A stretch of DNA of 64,000 bases from Podarcis muralis (Eukaryota), in the NCBI RefSeq assembly GCF_964188315.1, contig NC_135656.1, forward strand, positions 29,636,001 through 29,700,000, in the 5' to 3' direction. How positions within the stretch are numbered: position 1 is the stretch's first letter; each line of letters starts with the position of its first letter. Under the pieces are notes generated by a model that saw only the letters and a program-made list of their open reading frames with translations, was not told where the DNA came from and did not search any database. Positions 35,401 through 47,400 of this stretch are shown here, one piece after another. The translations under genes were made by a program, and so were the position numbers.

Positions 35401-38400
35401 CTCTATGCATGATAAGAGAGCTGTCTGCAGCAACTGGAAATTGAACAACAAGTCTTTATAAATAAGTGAATTCTTATAGTAATCACATATCCGGTTGAAA
35501 TAATCTAATTTCTTCAAAGTTGCTTTTGTGTTTTTTTCTTAATAACCAAATGGTTATTAGATAAATGTGCTAACAATCTCAGTGTTACAATGGCTATAAT
35601 CTCTTATTTAGGTTAGGTTTTTGTTTTAAAAATAGCTTGGTACTTACAGGGAAACCTTGTTGGTAGGTAATTCTGGTGGTTAATGCTTCCAGTATCTTGA
35701 CAAAGCAGACTTATATTTATGAAAGACAACTGCCAGCAATACCATTTCTTGCAGATGCTACAGCACACAAATTGTGAACGTAGCAACTGGCACATGCTTT
35801 CTTCCAAGCAGCTCAACATCTCTTATTGGTATACTCACATTTAGCTCCTTCGGAGAGGCCACATGCATTATCAGACGGATATAGTCTCTGATAAAACAGT
35901 GGAAAATGATGTTTCTTTCTTCAGCAGAGAGACCAGCAATATGCTGCCCCAGTGGTGTCTTCTGAAAGAGTCCTACAAACTTCTCTGCATGGCCTGCAGG
36001 TCAGGAGTACAATGGGAGGAAACTAGATTAGATGGGAATTTTAAATGCCATAGTATCTCTATGCCAATAGGCATGAATCTTCTTGACTTGCCAGTCATTT
36101 TAAAGGTTGTTTTGTATTGCTTTTTGATGGTATTTTGTTCTTATATTGCTTTAAATGTCCTGATATTTCATGATAGGGCAGTATATAAACGCTTCAATAA
36201 ATAAATATCTCCCAGAAATACCATGCAGCAGTGGCAATGGCCCTATTTCAAAAGTTAAAAGTATGATGACCCTTTACTTTGTAAGCCTCATAACCCAAAA
36301 CATTGAAAGCTGTTTGTCGTTTATGAAGAAGTCTTTTGGTAACTACTGAGAAATAGAAAATTTGACATTGCACCAGAAATGTGGGCCAAATCACTCCTTT
36401 AGTCCCAAAGCAATGCTCTTAGCAGCTAGCAAGTCTAGGACTGTCATGTCCTGGACATAAATCCAGGACATTCTTGGATACGCACGAAATTTTCAGCAGG
36501 AACATTTGTCTGTATGCTTTAGGATATGCCTATAAAAGCAATTAGAAACAGAAGATGCTCAGGGACTAAAAACTTGCATAAGTAGAACCAAAAGCCACTG
36601 AAAGATCAAGTAAGAATATAGGGTTGCACTCCCCTGTCCTCCTTCTGATAAAGGTCATCAATTAGGATGACCAAGACCAAATCAAGTCACATAATCAGGC
36701 CTGAATGCAGATTGAAATGGGTCAAGATCATGTTTCATCCAAAAGCACTTGCAATTGTTGTGCCACCGCCCTCTCAATCACCTTCTCTACGAAGGGAGAA
36801 TTTGTGAACAGGATTCCAATGGGGAAAACAGCGCCCGGGGGGAATTTCGGAAAAACGGCAAAATGTCCAGTTTGGGGTTTTTTTTGGCAAACAGAACCAT
36901 AGAGGACAGCAGCTGAACCCCATAACAAACATCAGAAAGGGATGGTGCCTCATTATTGCCTTCAGATCCACTTGACATATTTATCTAAATGTTCCTATGA
37001 GTGACACCAGTTTCAATGTCATCCCTGCACTCTCACCTTCATCACCAATGACATATGGGGCTTGAACCCAAAGGTCTTCCAAAAAATCCTTTATCCTCCA
37101 GCTGAAGGGTATTTCATTGCCAGCATCTGTAAATACCTGAAAGGAATTCTCCACCAGAATTGTCTTGGATTGGGAGCTGGGCAAGAAACATGCAAAATCA
37201 ATCAGTAAGTTGGTAGAATTCCGTTACCAAGCGGGGAAACTTACTATTACTTTTCTTTAATCTATTAATCATTACTAATAAAAAAACACACAAAAAATAG
37301 ATCATAAGGCCAGCCTTTAATCAAGGTGCATGTAAAATGCAATCTGTTTATATAGAAAAAGAAACAATGAATGCAGAATGAATGGATTACAGAATACAGT
37401 TAGTATGAGGGCTGCCTCAATAACTTATTCCATAAGGATGGATGGATGGATGGATGGATGTAGTGGATGCATTTCAGAGACACTATAATTAACACATGGA
37501 ATAAAAGGATACTACAGGTCTGGAGAACTCTCTTTGGTCCCACAGGATAGCAATTCACAACCCCTACATATATACACACACATCCCGACTAGCCTGGTAC
37601 TGTACTATGGGAGCAGCTGGGTAAGATCAGGTCCACCCAGCTCACTCACCCAAGTCTCATGGGAGAGAAGATCATCTACTGCCTAGATTTCAAGACAGAC
37701 TATTGCTTTTTTCAGGCCAGGGTTTTGGATTTAGACCCCAGGGTAGAACAGCGGAAAAACCCCAACAAGTTGAGGAGCAAAGAGGATTAAATTGTGCAAA
37801 GGATGGAGGGAAAAAAGGAGGACTTCTGCTAGGATAGACAAGAAGACAAAATGGGAGAAGCTCCTGGAAATGGAGGAGACAGTATTCAAATCTGCAGCAA
37901 GGTTCTCCTGTCTAGGCTAGAAATATGTGATATAACCTAGGTATTAAAGAGTTCTGCTGTAAGCCAAACCTACTGAGAAATGGGAAGCCAAACTGTCATG
38001 GCCTTCTACTGGCATACATAGTTGCCAAATGAACAAACAGCTTTCAAAATATTCCTTCACATGTAAGTCAAAATCACATTCACCATTTACATTTAATACC
38101 AAATCAATTCACCAGCAATCATTGCTGCCTTGGTTGTGCCACTTACCTTTTGTCACTCATAATGTAAGGGATATTCAGAAGATTGAGATCATTGAAGATG
38201 AACATCCACAGAGCTTTCACACAACTTTCTGTTTCTGGTCTAACCAGCAGGTCCAAGTTGCCGTCTCTGTCTAGGACAGACACCATATAGGCCAGAAATG
38301 GTATAACTGCACTCTGCACCCGCTTCCACAAGGTGTGTCTGCAAGTTTCAAGAGAGGTAAAGGAAACAAACAAACAAACAAAAGAATACCCAATATTAAG

Positions 38401-41400
38401 AAGAAATTGTTCAGACACAATCACGCACTCTTTCAGGAGCATTCTGACAAGACTGAAAATCTCAAGGGAGAATGTTATAAAGAAAAAGCAATCCTTTTTT
38501 TGACTTGCATATATACTTCTTTCTTCTTTTGAAAGCACCTTTCCAACTGTGAACCATGGTTTTGAAGCAAAGTTTATACTGTTTACATAAGGAATGTTAC
38601 CACCTGAAGCAGAGGCAGAAACTTTGAAAGACAGCCAAACATTATTGGCTCACAGAGCTATTACTGCAGAAAACAACAACACCCAGCTTTATTAAGAGTT
38701 TTGGTTCCCATCTTGCCCCAGATACACATGTAAATGCTCTGAACTCAAAAGGGCCAGGATATTTAACTAGCTGTAGTAGTGCAGTTGACTGCAGAAAACA
38801 AAAACAAAACAAAACAAAACAAAACAAAACAAAACATGGGAGACTTTTCAGACCCTCACCTGCTGGGAATAAAGCAACAATGCTTTGCAGTAAGTTACCT
38901 GAACCATTGTGGTGATGGTGAGGGAAATAGACAAAATTAAAATTTATTCTTCCCCTGCTCATTCTTTTTTAGTAACCACTTGTTGGTGAAATAGATTACT
39001 TCATTTGAGACTTTTATTTCCTTCCTGTATTTTCTCTGAATTACATTTGCTCAAAACAGATTCAGGGCTCGCCCTCATTTCCACTTGTCCTGTGCTTTCT
39101 TAGACTGTCTTTAAGAATCCGTGGAAAACCTGATTGCTGTTTGTTCCAATTCAGTGCTAAACCACATGTTTTCCCAGGGGAAAGAGGTAAGGAAAAGGGA
39201 GGTGGATAAGACCTGTGTGAGTTAGCATGTGCTAGTGACACTACTTTTGGCCACATGCAAAGCCTGTACATGGGGACGTGGGTGGCACTTTGGGTTAAAC
39301 CACAGAGCCTAGGGCTTGCCGATCAGAAGGTCGGCGGTTCAAATCCCCGCGATGGGGTGAGCTCCCATTGCTCAGTCCCTACTCCTGCCAACCTAGCAGT
39401 TCAAAAGCACGCCAAAGTGCAAGTAGATAAATAGGTACCACTCCGGCAGGAAGGTAAACGGTGTTTCCGTGCGCTGCTCTGGTTTGCCAGAAGCGGCTTA
39501 GTCATGCTGGCCACATGACCTGGAAGCTGTACGCCAGCTCCCTCCCGCGCACAACCCCAGAGTCATTTGTGACTGGACCTAATGGTCAGGGGTCCCTTTA
39601 CTTTTAATACTCAGAATGACTTTGTCATGACCAATAAACCTTGTTTTATTTCTCCTTTCAACCAGCTAGATTATTTCGCATATTAGATTGCTGAAATATG
39701 ACTAGTTTAAACTACTGTGTATACCTGAAAGTTCCTGCTTCTTGGAGGGCATTGAGGTTCGATGCCTCCCGAAGCACCCACTCTTTCATGATGTAAGAGT
39801 TCTCCTCTTGCTTTTCCAAAAGGGTTAAGAGGCGATTCTTTGTTATCTTCAGGAAGGAGGCTGAAAAACAGCAGAAAGTGTGCTAACCGGTATTCCTTAA
39901 GGCTAGATTTCAAGTGTTGAAGACAAAACAAAAGGTACCGTATTTTTTGCCCCATAGGACGCACCGCCCCATAGGACACACCTAATATTTTTTTTGGGGG
40001 GGGAATAAAGGGGGAAAAATTATTTCCCCCCCAGGCACGGGGCAGGCGTGGAGGAAGCCCAAGCTTCCCCCAACCCCAGCCCCCAGAACAGCCTGCTATC
40101 CGCAAGCCTAGGGAGCCGCGCCGGTCTCCCCAGGCTTGCAGAGAGCTGTGCGAAGCCCGGGCGCGCTCTTCAGCGCGCACCAGGCTTCGGAATGCAGGCA
40201 GCTCTGCGCAACCTTCGGGAGCCCGGCGCAGCTTCATGCCGGTCTCTGGAGGGTTGCACAGAGCTGCAGGAAGCCCGGGAGCGCAGGCAGTGCTACGCAA
40301 CCCTCGGGAGCCCGGCGCGGCTTCGCGACGGTCTCCCGAGGGTTGCGCAGAGCTTCCTGAAGCCTGGAGAGCAAGAGGGGTCCCTCTCGCTCTCCAGGCT
40401 TCAGCGAAAGCCTTCATTCGCCCCATAGGATGCACACACATTTCCCCTTCATTTTTGGAGGGGAAAAGGTGCGTCCTATAGGGCGAAAAATACGGTATCT
40501 ATTTCTACTGGACCAATAGCTAATTTAGTCGGATTTTATCAGCAACACCAGTTAAGGTTTCACAATCTTCTGCAGTGCTTGACTGTCAACTATGAAATTA
40601 CAAATATACAGGGTGAGTCCTTTAAAAGAGGCCCTGTGGATACAGAGTACACATATTCCAGACTCACCCTGTATTATCTATATAAAATTGTTGCGAGTTG
40701 TCATCTGGGGATGAGTGAAGAGTTTAGAGTATGCTGACTCTACAGAATGCTCAGCATGAAGTAGGAGGGGTTGCAGATGTGCTGCACTGGTGTTTAGAAA
40801 CTAGACTAGGTGACAGTAAACTACACCTGTTATCTTGGCAAGATGGAAGCAATAAAAGCTTTAACTGATATGATTATGCCTTATTGCCACATCTTGTGGT
40901 GGCAAGCAAATTCCACAAGTTAACTATACATGGACAGAAGTACTAATTATTTTTATTTTTATCTCCAAACATTCAGCTTCATTGGATGGCCCCAGGTCCT
41001 CGTATTACGAAACAACGAGAAACTTCTATCTTTTTTCTCTCTACACTGCACATAATTCTGTGCTTGATAGCACCTGAGACCCCTGTTACCTCATGCTCTG
41101 TGGAAGAAGATTGTGTGAACATATTCTGGGAGGAGCTTGCACCAGAAAGCCTTCCACTTTACAGTGGTACCTCAGGTTAAGAACTTAATTTGTTCTGGAG
41201 GTCCGTTCTTAACCTGAAAATGTCCTTAATCTGAGGTACCACTTTAGCTAATGGGGCCTCCCGCTGCCGCCGTGCGATTTCTGTTCTCATCCTGAAGCAA
41301 AGTTCTTAACCCAAGGTACTATTTCTGGGTTAGCGGAGTCTGTAACCTGAAGCGTCTGTAACCCGAGGTACCACTGTACAAAACAAAATGCTCCTAGTCA

Positions 41401-44400
41401 TTCATACCTTTCAAATCACTTTCCTCAGAAAGAAGGCTAAGGAGAATTTCAATCCTCCTAGTGCTGCGGCTGGAACTCTCATTTGGGTCTCTTAGCATCC
41501 CCACAGCACTTTGCACGCAGCTTCTCAGAAGAACGGTGGTGTCCAAGATTTTGGGCTTTCCAGGAGTAGAGAAAGAGAGCCTATTAATATTGTGAAGCAA
41601 CACAGGCTAACCTGGTGCACATTTCTTCTCTGAAAAAGGGAACTGATGTAAACAAGAGCTTTCTGCCTGTAATGACTCTCTTGCTTGCTGGCCAATACAG
41701 GAGACAAAGATAAAAGATCTGCCCTGCAGCCAGGAATCAGCACATTTATCTGCCTGGAGTAGAGCAATCATAAAAGCAAGGAAAAGGGATAGCACAGTGA
41801 GGTCCTATTAACAAAAACCAATAGGTACTTGTTTTGTTATGGTGGAGAAGTGAGACGAACCCACTTCCTGCATTGGAGATCTACTCCACTTGCGATAATT
41901 GGTGTCCTTGGTCTCTTTGGAGTGTTTAAGACAGGACCCAGCATGGGATCTTTGTTTTATCAGTCCAATAATAGGCTTAGTGCTGGGAGCAGAGGGGAGA
42001 GCAAGAATTGAGTACAGAAGCATGGAGACACTAAAAAGGAGCTCCTGCAATGTTCTGGTAAACAGATGATAGTGAGGCTAACAAAATGACGGCCACCAGG
42101 AAAATGCTGAGCTTACTCTCAGTGCTAACAAGGGACGCCTGCAGACTTTGTGATTATTTATTCATTAAATTTCTATCCTGCCCTTCATCCAAGGATCACA
42201 GGGCTGTTTACAACACATAACATAGTAGCAAACAAAAACAATACTAACCTGCCCCCACCCAAACACAGACAATTTAAAAGGCCATAAATTAGGTAATAAG
42301 CCAAAGGTCTAGGAGAAGAGGAATGTTTTTGCCCAGTACCTAAATATACTGCATGTAACAAAGGTGCCAGGCAAGCCTCCCTGGGGAGAGCATTCCACAA
42401 ATGGGGAGCCGCTGCAGAAAAGGCCTGCTCTCATGTTGCCACCCTCCAGACCTCTCATGGAGGAGGCACACAAAGAAGGACCTCAGAGGATGATCACAAG
42501 GTTTGTTAGTTCTTAGGGAGAGAAGAGGCCCTTGAGGCGATACCATTCACCGCTGTCTTTGAGAGGCTCAGTAGAAGCCCAGAGATGGAAGCTGGCTGAA
42601 ATGGGCCCTAACTAATTGTTTAGTGTCTAGAGGGAGTGTCTAGAGTTTGGAGGTAGCCAACCTGTTCCTCTGTGATGACAAAAAAAATTCCTTCCAGTAG
42701 CACCTTAAAGACCAACTAAGTTAGTTCTTGGTATGAGCTTTCGTGTGCATGCACACTTCTTCTGAAGAAGTGTGCATGCACACGAAAGCTCATACCAAGA
42801 ACTAACTTAGTTGGTCTTTAAGGTGCTACTGGAAGGAATTTTTTTTGTTTTGACTATGGCAGACCAACACGGCTACCCATCTGTAACCCTCTGTGATGAG
42901 GAAGACTTTCCCTTAGGGATCAATTGGAATGGTAGGCCAGAGCGATCCCTGTGCTCAGAGGAACACATGTTCTGGAGAGACTGGCTTTTGGAGACTCCGT
43001 GGCAGCAGCAGCAGCAGCCAAAATTCCCATCCCTTAGGTTTTCACCATTCTAACATGGGTGGTCATTTTTACTACAGATCTGCCTGTTTGTTCAGGAAAG
43101 CCACAGAAACAATGTACAGGCGAGAGAGCAGAAATGGACAATAAGGGGAGCAAGAAAAAAAGGCAAAGAAGGCTGGGAGGTGGGGGCAGAAAACATGCAA
43201 AGATAGCAGAGCAGACGGGAGAAGGGCTGAAGCCCAGGAAAACAGGGAAAGGAACCCAACCTCTGGTATGAGGAAGCATAAGGTAAAGGTAAAGGTACCC
43301 CTGCCCGTACGGGCCAGTCTTGACAGACTCTAGGGTTGTGCACCCATCTCACTCTATAGGCCGGGAGCCAGCGCTGTCCGCAGACACTTCCGGGTCACGT
43401 GGCCAGCGTGACAAGCTGCATCTGGCGAGCCAGCACAGCACACAGAACGCCATCTACCTTCCCGCTAGTAAGCGGTCCCTATTTATCAACTTGCACCCGG
43501 GGGTGCTTTCGAACTGCTAGGTTGGCAGGCGCTGGGACCGAGCAGCGGGAGCGCACCCCGCCGAGGGGATTCGAACCGCCGACCTTTCGATCGGCAAGCC
43601 CTAGGCGCTGAGGCTTTAACCCACAGCGCCACCCGCGTCCCATGAGGAAGCATAATCCTTGCTTATTAGATGTTTCCTCACTACACCTGAGAAAATTTGG
43701 GGATATGCAGGCTCCCATACCATTTGGGGGGGGGGGGAATGGAGGGGAAACCATAACAGAGAACAAGTACAATAATACCTCTGGGATTTTTATGATTTGT
43801 CCTCAGCATGAATAAGGGGGGGGGGGGGAGCACTCTCTGTTTTCAAAGGTAGCCAAATAAAATAATTAAAGTGAGATACATTGAAACTTACAGCCAATCT
43901 TTCTGTTTTGGGTGCTGCTGATACCACACCCATCTCCTCATCTTGTTCTTCTTCCTTTGCCATAATCACAGCTGCAAATAATACAGAAGATTGCATAGGG
44001 TTGAAATTTGCTTACTGATAAAATTAAGGACACCGGGAATGACTACAGGTTGTCAGAAGTTAATGCTACATTACTTACTGAAATTCTTACACTCACGTTT
44101 TTGTGCAGACTTCCCCGTATCTTCATAAAACAGCTGGCTGAGGGTTATGTTCCTCAGGGAAGTTACATCAGAAACCATATCCTTGGATCTCCTTAGATCA
44201 TCAATGTGCACAGACTGCCACATTCCTAGCAATAGACAGAAATACTTTTGGTGACTACTGCCGTGAAGTTATCATGGCTCAGCACCTGAGGGCCCCAGTC
44301 CTGCCACTCACCACCTGGCCCAGGACGGGGCCTGATGGGCTCTATAAAGGACTGCTGCTGCTGCTGCTGCTGCTAGGCAGAGAGGGCTCCGTTTTGTTTT

Positions 44401-47400
44401 GTTTAAATTGCTGTTATTTTTTACCTATGTCATTTTAAACTGTGATATTCATGCTGTATTCTTAGTTTTAGACTTTGATTTATGTGGAAATTGTTTCCCA
44501 TTTGGTTGTGTATTTTTTAAATGTGGTTTATTTATTGTTTATGACTTTTTAAATTATGTAAATCTTGTTATGCTGTAAGCCGCCTTGAGCATTGTTTTTT
44601 TAACTGTGGAAAGGCGGCATACAAATAAAAAATGATGATGATTTCAAAAAAAGAAAAATCCAGTGCAGGACAGATAGGGATGGGCCTAACTACCTAAAGG
44701 CTCAATAATACTGATTTCTTATTTATTAGACTTATATACCATCCTTCATCAAAAGGTATTCACAGTATAGGCATCCTTTAACCCCGTCTGCTCTCTTTGT
44801 GTTGTTTTCAAAAGAAAGCAAAAGACAGCAAATACTGCATTTATTAGAGAAGTGTCCTGACCACAAGATTCAATTTGGACCTCAATTTGATACTTCACAA
44901 AATAGCCCTATTTTCTTCTCTATTTGCGCTGATATCAGGTATTTATTCTGAGTTGCAACAGCATCCCAAACTCACTGAAAACCTCATATTTATTCTACAT
45001 CCCACTGCACCAGTCGTGCAGTCCTACCTCCATGAAATCCCACATAGGAACTTCCTCCTTCAACGCGAGATAGCTTAGTGATGAAGAGCACAAACACGGA
45101 GGCTTCACCCAGATCTATTTTGTTAATTTCATTAACAGCTGAGTATCTGTAAGGGAAAGGAAACACTTGTCGGCAATTTCAAGAGGCAGTACAGAGGACG
45201 CTACTGCCTAATCACGTCTCATTATAGCAACACCTACAAGGCTTACTTCTCCACCCCATCCTAACACCAAGCTTTAAACGTACACTATGTTCATATAGGG
45301 ACGTGGGTGGCGCTGTGGGTAAAAGCCTCAGCGCCTAGGGCTTGCCGATCGAAAGGTCGGCGGTTCGAATCCCCGCAGCGGGGTGCGCTCCTGTTGTTCG
45401 GTCCCAGCGCCTGCCAACCTAGCAGTTCGAAAGCACCCCCGGGTGCAAGTAGATAAATAGGGACCGCTTACTAGCGGGAAGGTAAATGGCGTTCCGTGTG
45501 CGGCTCTGGCTCGGCAGAGCAGCGATGTCATGCTGGCCACGTGACCCGGAAGTGTCTCCGGACAGCGCTGGCCCCCGGCCTATAGAGTGAGATGGGCGCA
45601 CAACCCTAGAGTCTGTCAAGACTGGCCCGTACGGGCAGGGGTACATTTACCTTTATGTTCATATAGCTTCACACAAAAGCTTGTCTTCCCTCACACTTTC
45701 CCCAAGTGTTTTACTAGACCTTGAAAAGGGTAGACCTTGAAAAAGGTTGTGGTAACTGTTAGCCATGAGTTCAATGCTGCTCTAATAAAGAAGCTGGAAA
45801 ATACAACACATCCTATGCAACATACTTGGCTGAGGCAACAATCTGGGCACTGAGAGATCCGTTTTCAAAGTCAGTCTGAATAATCAGTATTTTAGTTCCA
45901 GGCGCAACAGAAAGAGAATTCCTGGGAGAAAACAACAGATGTCACAAGAATGGTTAAAAGGGTATTGTATTTCAGGCACAGAGCGGATCATCACACACAA
46001 CAGTACGGTACCCAGACTTCAAATATCTGAAAGACCACCTCCTTCTCTATAGACCATCTCAGGTGCTGAGACTGGCAGAGGGGGTCCTCTTGGTAGGTTT
46101 GGGGTGGTGGTGGTAGCCTGGGAAAGGGCATTATCTGTGGCTGCCCCTAAGCTATGACATCCCTCCCCACAGATGTATGTCTGGTACCTTCATTCTACAG
46201 CTTCCAGACAATGCTGAAGACCCAACTCTTGTATATTTTTAGGTCCCACTTTTTATGACTATATGTTGTTTTTAATGTTGTCACACGCCATGGCACCTTA
46301 GGGTGAAGGGTGGGTGATAGATAAATAAATATCAACTTCCATCAATCCCAGCAGTCTGAATCTATAACATAACCTTAAATGCTACCACAAGCCCATGCTT
46401 ATTCTCTACCCATCTGTTTCACTCAAAAATTCTGTTACTGTCATCTTCAATGTGGTCTACAAACCAAGTGGACTGAGAAACGCAAGCCACTCACCGAATT
46501 TCTTTCAAAAAGGAATGTTCTGTGTCAAACTGTTGCAAGAAAAGAACTTTTGGAATGCCTACATTGTCCAATAGTTCTGTCTTCAAAGTCTCTGTGTCTG
46601 CCGCAGTCAAGAGTCTAGAGAAAGTTGTAACCTGAAACGTAAAGAAAAATACGAGATTTCTCTGTCAGAGATGTACAAAGCCTTTTAAGATTTTTGCACA
46701 ACTGCACACAGCAAATACTTTTGAAACAAAATGAAGCAATATGGCATGGTAGTCTAATGTCCAATAAAATTAAGGTTAGCCCCACCAGCACCACATACAC
46801 TAAGGAGGCCCTTGAGTTGCTCTTAGGATCTGAGTGATGCTGACAGCAATCAAGAACCCAACATTTCTGTCAGAACAAATCCCCAAAACTTGGTTGTCAA
46901 CTACTACACCTATTTGACAACAAAAATTCTATTAGATCATGATGGGAATGAAAATAAAATTAAAAGGGAGGCAGAGAGAGAAAAAGAAATGCAACTCCTG
47001 TTTGAAGGAAAAGGTATAATCTGCTGAGTAGTATTTAGATGCCTTCCTTTTTACCCTGACTTAAGCAGTCTAGACGTTGCTAATTTCTTGGACAGTCTTT
47101 CCACTGCCAAAGGAAGCACTAGGAAATCATTCCACCAACAAACATGGGCAAAACATATCTTATTTGGATTCTCTAGATCTCTGGCCGCATATGAGACACC
47201 AAGAATGCTGGCATCTGAGTTGCCCAAAAAGCAAAATTAATTGTATCACCTGTCACCTGTATCTGCTGCTCGAACTTTTAATTTCAAAATGTTTCTGGCA
47301 CATGGAACACCCATGGCGAAGCGGATAGCAAAATATTCACTGTTTCATATTGAATATGATCAAATAAAACAATACAACTTGGTTTGCTGTTATGAGAGGC

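Noticed and set aside
39707-40441. 244-aa minus-strand ORF
   Set aside because: Runs through the GC-rich MITE repeats and then overlaps a real RNF213 exon in the wrong frame; no coherent domain
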